A DNA stretch of 61,316 nt, filler included. It is 10 parts of 10 records of this genome, joined end to end, with 100 filler letters (N's around TTAATTAATTAA, not from the genome) between each part and the next. Parts side by side here need not be neighbours in the genome. Positions count along the whole stretch, not along the records: positions 20,774 to 26,924 come from SRR7504441_6902; positions 27,025 to 31,494 come from SRR7504441_6904; positions 31,595 to 36,683 come from SRR7504441_6905; 7 more parts are not named here. The stretch is one strand, 5' to 3'. The notes below the pieces were generated by a model. The model did not search any database, was not told the origin of the DNA, and was given only the letters and a program-made list of their open reading frames with translations. The stretch's first letter is position 1. Each line of letters opens with the position of its first letter. This document shows positions 23,672-34,844 of the stretch, in pieces. Made by a program: the position numbers and the translations under genes.

Positions 23672-23799
23672 TGAAATCCGTTGGAAAGACCGTTGATTGA
23701 TTCTGCGGTTGCCTCTTACGCCAGTTTCGGGGCAGTCTTGCTCTCGTTGGGACAAGAGATCCATTGGCAAGGCCGCGCGCCCCCCGCGACCCCGCCCCG

Positions 23800-26474
23800 A
23801 TGGTGACGATCAAGCGCCGGGGATCAACCTCAGGGCAGCAGCGGGGCGCGGTCCCAGACATGACCGACCAGTTCATGTCCCCCGGGTCGCCGGAGGAGCT
23901 GTCCCAAGGCCAGGCCGCCTACCGCCAGAGGTTGGCCGAACGCAAGGCCGAATTGGAGTTCGAGAAGCAGGAGGGGGACGGCGGGCCTGAAGATGCGGAG
24001 TTGAAACCGACCCGAGTGGGCCATCTCGCCTCGGAAGACGAGGTGGAAGATACCGACGACCGCGCGATAGTCACCACCGCGATGTCGGCTCACTACGCGT
24101 TTGACAACTGGATGGTAACTTGGGCGGCTGGCTGTTATGAGACCGGGCTGGCAGGCGTGGAAAAGCTCCCCGTTTGTCCTGGTGGGCGCGATGGTGGTTA
24201 TCATCTTGCTGGTTGGCGGTCTGGGCATGTATGCCGTGGAATACGAGGAAGGCCCCGAGTCGTACGGCGAGGGTGTCTGGTTATGTTGGATGTACGTCAA
24301 TGACCCAGCGGCCCACACCGAACTTTCGCCCGGGCTCGCCCGGCTGGTCGGGGCGGCGGTTTCCATGATCGGGCTTCTCATCTTTGCTATGCTTATGGGT
24401 TTCGTGTTTGATTTGATTACTGTGAGCATGGACGAACTCAGGCAAACCCAAGCCCGGCCCGACCGGCTGAGCCTGGCGCCGCAGGAAAGGCCGGTCAAAA
24501 GTCGTTGAGTCTGACCACACTCTGATCCTCGGTGGGAGAAGCAAGCGCCGGCAAGAGTTGAGGGGGGATGCAGGATGGTCTGACAAGATCTACAGCATTC
24601 TGATCGAGCTTTGCGATGCGAACGAGACCCGGCCGGACGGGAGCCACGGCGGAGTGGTGGTGATCCTCGCCAACCCGGGCATCGGCACGGCACCCGGCTC
24701 CAAGGATGACATGATTGTAGCCACATGCCCGTCTGGCCGGCTTGCTGACTGCTTACCCAGGCTGAGCTAGACGAGCGGATCGGGTACTTCGAGAGGAAAG
24801 GCACCATCTTCGTGATTCGCTGCGGCTCCCCCATGCTCACCTCCGATCTGACCAAGGCAACGGCCCTAAGGCTCGGCTCTTAGCCCGTGCTGTAGGTTGC
24901 AACTGCCCACGCCCGGGCTATCATCATTCTCTGCGACGACGAAGGCGAGCCCCAAAAGGCCGATGCGGCGGTGCTCCGGACGGTGGTCTCTCTTGGGGCG
25001 GCGCTGCCAAGTTCTTCCGAGGCACACGTGGTGACACAGATTCGGGATATTGACTGCATCCCACTACTCAAGCTCGTGTGCACCGATCGGGTCGAGAGCG
25101 TTGTGTCGCACGACATCGTCGGCCGGCTGATGGTGATGGCGGTCCGCCAGCCCGGGCTCACCAAGGTCTACGAGCAGGTTGGGAGCCAGCAGGCTGCTCG
25201 CTGAGGGGTGGCAGGTGCTCGGCTTTGAAGGCGACGAGTTTTACATTGAGCCGTGGCCCCAAACTATCGGCCTCGAGTTCGGACAGCTGCACAAGCATTT
25301 CCCGGACGCCATCCCGATGGTGGGTGCGCCGGCGCTGCCCAGCTGATAGGGTCGCGTGCAGGGGATCAAGACGGAGGACGGTACTGTCGTTTTCAAGCCG
25401 CATATGAGGCGCAAGATATTCCCAGGCGAAGAAATCGTGGTCCTGGCCGAGGATGACGACACGTACGAGTTCGTGGACGCCCGCTGCGAGTGCCCTCGGG
25501 GCCCAGGCCCGCACGTGTCCAAGAGCAAACCAGAGAACATGCTGATCGTGGGCTGGCGGCGTGACTTCAGGGACATGATCAGTCTTATCAACGACCTGGC
25601 TGACCCCGGGACAGAGATCCATGTGATGTGCGACAAGGACATCGACGACCGCGATACAGACCTGGAGGACGCCGGACTTGACTTCAATCTGCTTACAAAC
25701 GTGGAGCTGGTCCATCACTTTGGGTTCGCCCGGCGGCATTTTGAAAAGCTTCCGCTGGAAGACTTCACCAGCTGCATGATTGTGGCCAACGAGGAAGCAG
25801 AAGAGGACTTGATGAACTCAGACAGCGAATGCATCCAGACGCTGCTGCTGATCCGGGATGTCCAGATGCACAGGCGGAAGCTGGACTCGATGACCGATGA
25901 GGCCAAGGAAGGAATCCACAAAGACTGCCCGATCTTGGTCGAGACCTTGGATCCGCGCACCCAGGAGTGCGTCAAGGCCAGCAAGGCGCTCCAAGCGATC
26001 GGCGACTTCGTGCAGAGTAACGAGATGGTCAGCCGGGTGCTCGCGATGGTCTCAGAGAATCGATCGGTCAATGTGATCCTAAGCGAACTGCTCGGTGGCA
26101 AAGGATGCTCTTTCAAGCTCGCTCCGGCCGAGGAGTACCTCAACACCCCAGATGAGGAGCTCACATTCATGCAGCTCTCTCGCAGGAGCGCGCTGGAGCA
26201 TGACGAAATCCTGTTGGGCTACCAGCTGTGGCCGGCCTCGGACCTGGACAACACGATAATGAATCCACGAGACAAGCTTGTGCCCAAGACCTGGAATGGC
26301 ATCCTGCTCGTTCTGCTTTCGGGCGAGCCGATGCACCCGCACCTGCACGAAGGATTGGGCGAAGCGACTTCCGAAATTGAGATGATGGGGTCAATGGGTG
26401 CAGGTACAGCTCTGCTTAACGTTGGAATCGAAACTACCCCATCCCCACTCATCCAAGCTTCCCAGTTCATGTGA
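23800..26474 (+). CDS. CASTOR/POLLUX/DMI1-like cation channel (TM pore plus tandem RCK domains)
   Basis: WMYVNDPAAH pore, GLLIFAMLMGFV, KGRSKVVESDHTLILGWSDK, RCGSPMLTSDLTKV, VVSHDIVGRLM, LGFEGDEFY, GWRRDFRDMI, DFVQSNEMVSRVLAMVSENRSVN; about 7 introns. Confidence 0.92.
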
Positions 26475-27024
26475 TCACAAGATGCGATCACGTTACAATT
26501 CAGAATTCTCTCGGACCCATTGCAGCTGCATCATATCACTCTATGAGTCCTGTACATATTTATTTCGGCAATTGCAATGCGCAATGCCCTCGACGTTCAG
26601 AGACACTTGTACGAATTGATTGTGGTACATGTGTAAGTCGACTCCGTCGAGGGCGTGCATACGATGCAAGTGCTTTCACAACAAACGAGATCTATCTAGA
26701 CTTCACTTATTTTCAATAATAAACAAACTACGTAGTCGGAGGAAGGGCATCGAGTCCGTAGGTAACGACGTCCTTGTCAACGGAGTGGTCGCGGTGTTAG
26801 GTCGGTGTCGTGAAGGAAAGCTACTCAGCGGCAACACTGAGCCCGGTGCCGCCTCCGCGACCACGCAGCCTCCCCCCAGCGCAAGTGGTTTGAGTCAGAG
26901 TGATTTTAATCTATTTTTGTCTAGNNNNNNNNNNNNNNNNNNNNNNNNNNNNNNNNNNNNNNNNNNNNTTAATTAATTAANNNNNNNNNNNNNNNNNNNN
27001 NNNNNNNNNNNNNNNNNNNNNNNN

Positions 27025-30000
27025 CTAACAGGTTTGTCCCTGTCACCAACTCATACAGGACAGTGCCAAACGCCCATATGTCAAATTGTGGGGTAGCTTG
27101 GATAGTCGGATGGCCGTCGTGGATCCCTGGGCCCATAACTTCCCGTTCATGGAGCAGAGACAACATGTACTCAGGAGGCACATGCGCCTCCGAGTACTTG
27201 TGGGCAGTGGGGCGGCCTAGAGCTACAGCCGCATCGAAATCGGTCAGCAGCCAGCGGCCTGAGTCAGTTCGGAGTACGTTCCGTTTCTTGACATCTCCAT
27301 GGATGAGATTATGGGCATGCATATGCTGGAGGCCTTCAGCCATCGATCTGGCTATTGACACTATAGCCGGCACGTCGTAGCCTGCAATTCTCTCTGTGAA
27401 GGTGGCCTCATGCAGTGACCTGTCGCACCATTCCATAACGAGCATAAACTCGCCTGCTTTCGTCTGCTCGGGCGCCACAGGCCAGCGACTGTCCAAGCTG
27501 TTTTGGTACCGCCCGTAATCTTCCTCTGAAACATGCACCCGCAACAACCCGACCACAAACTGAGGGTCAAGTCCTCTTCTCGACAGCACTTCACTTTCAA
27601 AGAAGTCGCGCGAAGTGAGGATTTTCAGCGCCACCTCTTTGTCGCCGTCGATCCGGTCGATAGCATGCCAAACCTCCGAAGTAGCACTGACGTAAGTTGG
27701 GCGGTCCCCGATCTTGGAATACCGCCCGAGCGTGGCATTATACATTAGCCCCCATGTTCGGTTGGGCCCACCGGTAGCCAGCGCCGCCTCGATCATAGTG
27801 CACCCTCTAGAATCTACAAGCCCGGCCAGCAGCTGCCTTTCTCGGAGCCAATCGGCCATCAGATTGGCTAACTGCTCTGAATGCTTTTCATCGTGAGAGC
27901 TTGGCGAGGAGTCCACTCGACTCATTACGGATGTAGCAGACGCCCTGAAGCTGGACTTGGGACTCAAAATGGCTTCGAACTCCTCCTTGTCAATAACTCC
28001 GTCCATGTTGGTATCCAGCGCCTCAAACACAAGATCCATCGGGCCCGCTGAGCCGATTGCCAGCTCCGACTCCCAGCTGCTCGCCTCTTCCCACGGTCTG
28101 CACACTGCTAAATGAAACGCCGAGCAGCCAGACCGGTCAGCAGCACAGCAGACATCAGCGTCGGTCCGCTCCAGCAAGAGCTCCGCGATCTGCCCGTGCG
28201 CTGCGGTGCTTCCTGCACTGGCGCAATGCAAAGGCAGCCACAAGTCTAGGTCCCGCAGCCTGAGCATCTCGGCCGGACCCAGCTCAAGCAGCAGCTGCAC
28301 CAGTGGCACCGCGCCAGCCCCACACGCAATATGCAGGCAGCTCTGTCGCTTGCCGCTGATTGCGCTCGTATCCGCTCCATGCTCAATCAACAAGTTCAGT
28401 AGGGCAATGCTCCGGCGCGAGTCGTGCTGACACACGTAATGCACAGGACGGTCGCCAGATTTGTCCACTGCGGATGAGTCTGCCCCAGCGTTGAGTAATT
28501 CGGTTAGCACGGCCACTGCGCCATGCGACGGGTACGCGACCAGAGCTGCATGCAGGGCTGTGAGTCCATAATACTGCTGACTCTCGCCTCTCAACGGCAA
28601 ATGCTTTAGCACTGCTACTGTGCTCTCCAGCGGCTCCATGTTGACCAGCTGCTGCACTTCGTCCAACCGGTGATGCAAGCACGCCGCATGCAGCGCCGGG
28701 AGCGTCGGTCGTGCGTTCCGGTTGGCCACAGCGGCTAGATAGTCCTCGCGGTGGATCACGAGGCAGCGGGCCCCAGCCTGGCCCGCCACAATCGCTGCAC
28801 TTCGCGTGCTGTCGAGTGAAAGGAAAGCCGTCTCGCCAAACCCTTGCCCCTCGCCCAGCTCGGCCACCGTGGTGCCCGGGAGCTTGTCGAGCGGGAGCTT
28901 GCTGCCCTCCTCGGCGTCGGTCAGCCCGATCACCACCAGGCAGCTTCCGGCGATGCACACAAAGTATTCATTCCCGACTGCACCTTGCTGGATGATGACC
29001 TCTCCTGGCGCGTACTCCTGCCCGCGGGCCCGTTGCACCATCTCCCATAGGCACCTCCGGTCGATGATGTCGGCCCCATCCTCCCGGAAGGTCACTCCAA
29101 ACCCGCGGACCGCCGCTGTGATCTTGGGTCCGCTGCTCACAGTTCGGAGGTGCGGCGGCAGCATGACCTGCTGCCAAAGCCCGTGCAGCTGCCGCTGGCA
29201 GGCGATCGCCAGCTGACTCTCAAACAAGAGCGCCAGGCTGCACTGGCTCCGGGCCTGCCACCCCTAAGCCCGGCAGGCCCACAAGCTACCTGCAGCTCAG
29301 CCTGGGCCTCGAGCACCAGTATTGAGCCCTCTCGATGCAGCCCGTCAGCCCCAACGGTCCCGCGCGCCTCGAGCTCGCCGCAGAGCACCACCAGCTGCCC
29401 GGCCAGTCAGCCCCCACCGGCTGTTCCGTTGCCTGCGGGCTCTCGCCGTTGGGTATCTCCAGCCGCTGGCCTGCGGTTAGGTCCACCAGCCTTGCACCGC
29501 CCAGCCAGCTCGCGCCTATCTGCTGGCTCACCTCCCGCAGCCGGCCCCACCCAGACCCAGTCCGCTGGGCCTGCGCCCGGATCATCTCGAAGATCACCGG
29601 CAGTGCGAGCGCCCTCTCCTCGCGCAGCTCGCTGCCGCTGCTCTGGTCAGCAGTCACCCGCCGCCAGGTCTCTGCGATCCACCCGCCGTTGAAGATCTCC
29701 CGGCTGATCTCCTCGCAGCTCCCCCGCGCCCACGGACTGGCCGCGCTCCGCCGCTGCTCGTCCGTGGCCAGCAGCGCCATCACCGGCAGCGGCGCTAGCC
29801 GCCGGGCGATTTCGTAGGGCCGGGCCGACGAGATCCCGTCGCCGTCCTGGGCGTCGATCGGGCTGCCGTGCTCGAGGAGCAGCCGGACCACCTCGGCGGA
29901 GGAGCCCTCGGCCGCCACGTGGATCGGGAGCCGCTGGAGCGAGTCCCGGGCTTGGACCGAGGCCTTGGCCTCGAGCAGCATGCTCACCACCCGGGGCGAG

Positions 30001-30275
30001 GTCCAGAGCGGGGCGCGCTGCTGGTTGGTACCCGAGTACGGGATCGGGTCCTGGCAGCCGATGTGCAACGGGCAGGCGCCGGTCAACCCGGCCGGCAGGT
30101 TGACTTGGTGCCCCTGCGCAATCAGCTCGGGGATCAGCTTCAGGCAGCGCGCCCGGACTGCCCTGTGCAGCAGCGGGGTGCCCGCCGGCCCGGACTGCCC
30201 TAGTTTGGGGTCCGGCGGCTGCCAGGCCGAGTCCGGCTGGTCTTGCCAGTCGGCATCGGGGGCGGACCACACCAT
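27025..30275 (-). CDS. Multidomain kinase: ankyrin - cNMP-binding - ankyrin - EF-hand - protein kinase (3'-partial; start approximate)
   Basis: Ankyrin motifs (TPLLHRAV, LPIHVAA, GLTALHAA, SCLHIAC); cNMP motifs GEVIIQQG...GFGETA...RSAAI; EF-hand DTNMDGVIDKEE; kinase motifs VALK, HGDVKKRNVL, DFD, DIWAFG. Confidence 0.82.
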
Positions 30276-30432
30276 CCCCAGGCAGTCGACCCCAAGGCAG
30301 CAAGCTCTGGCGAGCTCTGGAGGATTTGCCGTTGAGAAATCCACCAGACCGCTGAGAGACGCCATGCCCAAGGCACCTGCCGTTAGTACTAACCGGCGGA
30401 GGCCGTGGGAGTTGCCTGCTCGCGGAAGGGAC

Positions 30433-31422
30433 ATGGCGGCGCGCATGCTCGAGAAGAAAGCGATTGCCAACGCGCCCAAGCGGCTGCAGAACGAGCTGGC
30501 CGGGATGCAGCGGGCCCCGCACTCGCGCTGGACCGCCCGGCCCGTGGCGGGCGACCTGTTCCACTGGACGGCTTCGCTCTTCCCGGACGCTCAGGCCAGC
30601 CCGTACGCCGGCGGGATCTACACCGTACGGCTCCGGATGCCGCCCAACTACCCGTGAGCAGCTGCTGCAGCCGCGGCTCAGGCTGTGCGCAGGTTTGGCC
30701 AGCCGGAGGTTTGCTTTGAGCGGGCAATTTACCATCCGAACATCAGCGAGGACGGCCAGGTCAACATCAGCTGGCTCGCCGGCAGCTGGTCCGCCGGCGT
30801 GGACATCTGCAAGCTGCTCGACCGGATTCACCTGCTGCTCAGCCAGGTCCTCGAGACCGGGGCAGACGGCAAGCCCGGGCCGGAGCCCTGCCGGCCGGAG
30901 CTGGCCACGCTCTACCAGAGCGACAGGGCGCAGTTCGAGGCCAACGGTGCGGCCCTGCCCGGGGAGCCTGAGCCGCGCGGGGCAGCCAAAGAGGCGGTCC
31001 AGCTGCACGCCTCGTGGCCGCCGGACGATGAGGCCCTGGCGGCTGCTCCTGCAGCAGCCCCGGCCCCCGCAGTGAGCAAGCCGGCCGAGCATAGTTCAGG
31101 GGGGATGAACTGCACTGAGGCCCGAGAGAAGCGGCAGGCCGAGGAGCAGCGCAAGGCCGAGGCCGCAGCGATGGCCAAGCAGATGAATCAGGACCTAGCG
31201 CGAGTGAAGAAGGAGAAGGAATCCCAGGCCGATCAGGAGCGGGCGGAGAGGCTGGAAGTTGAGACCCGATTCAAGAGATACCCCTTCATAAAGCTCAAAA
31301 AGTTTCTGAAGGCCCATGGAGTACCGGCCGCTGCTGTGGACAATTGTCTGGGGAAATTCGAGATGGTCAAGTTGGCATCAGAGCATAATGTGAGTATTCC
31401 AGATGATCCCAAAGAGTTGTGA
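30433..31422 (+). CDS. Ubiquitin-conjugating enzyme variant (E2 fold, catalytic Cys replaced by Asn) with coiled-coil/HeH-like C-terminus
   Basis: KRLQNEL, DLFHWTA, SPYAGG, PPNYP|FGQPEV, IYHPNISEDGQVNISWL; one intron. Confidence 0.82.
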
Positions 31423-31594
31423 AATCAATATTCATCATAACATTAGCTCTAGAAAATAACATAAGTTATGTTATGTTATGTTTAATTCACAACANNNNNN
31501 NNNNNNNNNNNNNNNNNNNNNNNNNNNNNNNNNNNNNNTTAATTAATTAANNNNNNNNNNNNNNNNNNNNNNNNNNNNNNNNNNNNNNNNNNNN

Positions 31595-33095
31595 GCACAG
31601 CAGACACAGCGTCCTGCCACCTTCCTAAAAAGGAAATAAACTGCTAACACCTGCGCCACAGCGTTGGCTTCGGCGAGCGCTGCCTGCACTTGCTCCTGAT
31701 TCCTGTGCAGCCAGACCGCGTAGAATCTGCAACAGTGTCATGACTATGGCAGGTATCAAGCTGTCGCCTGTTGACAGCAGAGGTTGCAGGGATGACGGCG
31801 CAGGCCAATAGCGCCAGCTGCCAGCAGCGCACGTACATGTAGCCGAGTACTCCGCCGATTCGGACCACCTAGCCGTCCGTTAATCCCAACGGCAAGTGCC
31901 GTTAGCCACCGCCTCGATTGTGAATCGGAACACCCAAGTGAGGTCGTTGGCCATTTCAGCCGTGTCGGCTGTCAGCCTGTCCGTTGTCGTGAATCCCAAC
32001 CGCCGAGCTACCGACAGCCCGGTGGCGAGTATCTTAAATCACAGTAATAATAATAATAACCTGGAGGTGATCTCTCCTGTTCGGGTCTGGTCAAAGAACC
32101 CGACTTCCTGGTACACCTGCCGTGTTAACCATTCATTCCCGATTAGGAAGGTAACAGTCACAATCGCCCGGAGCAGCTCGAGCCGCAGCCCGCGTATAAT
32201 CCGTTGCTGGGCCACCCCAAACAGATAGACGCACCAAAAGTCCAGAACCTGCCACCAAGGTTCAGCCAGCCCTCACCCGACAGCTCACAGAGTCGACTGA
32301 TCCGGCTATGAACAGCGCGAGCACGTTCCAACGGGCCCCGGAGTAGTCGCCGTCGCTAAGGCACCCAATCGCTGCGCTCACCTGGCTTCCGTTACGGTTG
32401 GCGCCCGCCGGTCTCACCCAGTGTGCCATCGAGATGGAGAATGGAAGCCGAGCCAGCAGCGCTATGCACCCAGCGAACAGCCAGCCGCGGTGCGGCCCAG
32501 CCAGCTTGAGCAGCTTGAGCGTCCCGTACCCGATCGACCCGGAACTTCCGGAACTTCCGGCACTCGCCGTCGGAACTTCCGGCGTGTCCGGCTTGACCGG
32601 CTCCTCCTCGGCCGACACCTGGCATAGAGGCTCCTCGAGCGCCTCGGTCGGGGTCCGTTGATTGCCGTTGGATTCGGGCGACTCCTCGGCATCCGGCCAG
32701 GCCAGTCCGGCGGCCAGCGCCGTAGCGTTCAGCAGCGCTAGCCCGAAGCAGCCGCCCAGACTGGCCCACAGCCCCGCCTCGGTGAGCGCTGTCCGGTGCC
32801 AGACAAGTCCAACCGCCGCCACAGTGCACGCAGCCGCCACCAGCCCCAGCCCGCCGTGCCCGAGCGCGGACGAATCCGTTGCCAGCCCGAGCAGCCCGAA
32901 GGTGCCGAGCACGCCGGCTTGGAGCCCGGCAAGGCAGGCGAGCAGCCGGCCGCCGGGTCCCGAGTCGGCGGCCAGCCCCCAGCCGAGTAGCCGATCCGGT
33001 AGGACCACCAGCCCGAGCCCCACACCGGCCAGCGCCACCGCGTCTAGCCCGAGCCCCGCCCGCGACAGCCGGCTCAGCCCGACACTGTCCTTCAT
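31595..33095 (-). CDS. ABC transporter subfamily B half-transporter (TAP/ABCB9-like), 5' part
   Basis: N-terminal TMD0-like helices; VLDFWCVYLFGVAQQRIIRGLRLELLRAI, QEVGFFDQTRTGEITSRLTADTAEMANDL; many introns. Confidence 0.88.
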
Positions 33096-33188
33096 CGTTT
33101 CCAACGGCAATTTGGGCTCCGGGCAATCATCGCGGCGCGCCGGCTGCTCGGGTGCGTGTTGGCGGTGTCGCTGGCCAGCGCGGGGCCC

Positions 33189-34019
33189 ATGCAAGCGGCC
33201 AAGCAGCGGTTGGGCGACCGCTGGCACAGCCTGACCCCCGCCGAGAAGCGGGCCGCTGTCCTGGCCCCCGCCGACCCGCCCGCTCCCGACGGCGCCGCCC
33301 CGCTGATGATAGAAGGCCCGGCGTTTGCGCTCCGGGACCGCGAGCTAGTAATAGCCGGGTGGCCGGTCCGGCTGGTCGACAGCCCGGACGGCTGCGCGGC
33401 CGAGGGGCACGCGCTCCGGACCTCCGTTAGAGTGTGGGACGGGGCGGTGGTGCTGGCCAAGATGATCGAGCGCAACCCGCAGCTGGTGCCGTTAGCACGG
33501 CCAGCGGTTGGGATTGAATGGAACGGGCAGGTGGCGGGCAAGCGGGTGGTCGAGCTGGGCGCCGGGCAGGGGGTGGCCGGGCTGGCCGCCGCGGTGCTCG
33601 GGGCCAGCGAGGTGACGGTAACTGATCACCCGGCCGCGCTGCCGGGCCTAGCCGCGAGCGTCGAGAGCAACAGGGCCGGGGCGGTCGGTCCGATCGAGCC
33701 GTTGCCGTTGGACTGGACCGACCGGGCGGCTGTGCGAGAGCTTGGTCGGCCGTTTGAGGTGGTGCTGGCGGCGGACGTGGTGTGGGTCCAGGAGCTGATA
33801 GATCCGCTGGTCCGGACGCTGGCTGAGCTATTTATAGAACCGGGTGTTGTGGGCTGGTTGAGCCACCAGAGCCGGTCCAGCCTGGCCGACCGGGCGCTGT
33901 TTGGACTGTTGGAGCGGGCCGGACTGTTGGTTGAGCCGGTGCCGGAGGAGATGCTGGACCCGATGTTCTGCTCGCCCAAGATACAAGTATATCGGATCCA
34001 GCGACCGGATGCGGGATGA
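33189..34019 (+). CDS. Methyltransf_16 (METTL21-like) protein-lysine methyltransferase
   Basis: VWDGAVVLA, VVELGAGQGVAGL, VTVTDH, LDW, VLAADVVW; in-frame 45-nt intron at 33486-33530. Confidence 0.9.
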   Translation: MQAAKQRLGDRWHSLTPAEKRAAVLAPADPPAPDGAAPLMIEGPAFALRDRELVIAGWPVRLVDSPDGCAAEGHALRTSVRVWDGAVVLAKMIERNPQLVPLARPAVGIEWNGQVAGKRVVELGAGQGVAGLAAAVLGASEVTVTDHPAALPGLAASVESNRAGAVGPIEPLPLDWTDRAAVRELGRPFEVVLAADVVWVQELIDPLVRTLAELFIEPGVVGWLSHQSRSSLADRALFGLLERAGLLVEPVPEEMLDPMFCSPKIQVYRIQRPDAG

Positions 34020-34321
34020 GCGCCAATGCACAATGAACTCATTAGCGGGTTCATTTTAAAAAATGAGCACTTGTTACGTGTACACGATAATTTTGGACAT
34101 GTAAGGAGCGAGTACTCGTACCGTAAATACTCGTATCAAAATGTCAGAAACAGACTGCGCGCTTGATTGAGAGAATTGAGTACTAGTCCATGTCACATGG
34201 TAGGTGGGCTGCAGCTATGCGGCGGAGCCTATACGAGCATAGCCTTTATGCATAGCCTCAGAGCTCACGTAACCATGGATCCTGCTTACATCGAGCGCGT
34301 TTAAAAGCTTAGTGCTTATCG

Positions 34322-34687
34322 TCACGGTGGGCGCAGTCGCGCCACTTCCTTTCTCAGGGCCTCAACTTTCCCCTCCAGCCGCTCCACGGCGCTCCGGTGC
34401 TTCCCAGACGGCGGGGCCATCACATACACGTTAGGCTCTATCCTCGCCGGGGCAGCCGCCCAGTCCTGGCTGACCTTCGCCTCCAGCGCGCTCACCCGGG
34501 CCTCCAGCTCAGAGTCCACGGCGGTCAGGTTGCGACACTCGGGGCACCCGCCGACCGCCACCAGCTCCTGCTGGAGCGAGCCGAGCCCGCGGAACGCGAC
34601 GGCGGCCAGCGCCAGGGCCAGCGCCAGGGCCACCAGTAGGGCGGCGCCCAGCGCCAGCCTGAAGAACCGATGCTGAGCGAGAGCCAT
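34322..34687 (-). CDS. Small type II membrane / coiled-coil hypothetical protein
   Basis: 121-aa ORF with an N-terminal hydrophobic helix and short heptads (LEARVSALEAKV, VERLEGKVEAL). Confidence 0.6.
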   Translation of the reverse strand: MALAQHRFFRLALGAALLVALALALALAAVAFRGLGSLQQELVAVGGCPECRNLTAVDSELEARVSALEAKVSQDWAAAPARIEPNVYVMAPPSGKHRSAVERLEGKVEALRKEVARLRPP

Positions 34688-34844
34688 GACCCGCTCCGTC
34701 GCGATCCGCAGCCTCGACTGGGGACAGGGACCACCCCGGGCCGGCCTGGAGTCAGGATCAAGGCTCCTCTCCCAACGTGATGTCCGTTACTACAGACGGA
34801 TTCAGCAGTCAATGGCCAAGGGCGACCCCCAGCTGTGGTCGCCA

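Noticed and set aside
26838..26880. GAGCCCGGTGC as the start of group II intron domain V
   Set aside because: The GAAA loop and the complementary 3' strand of domain V are absent.
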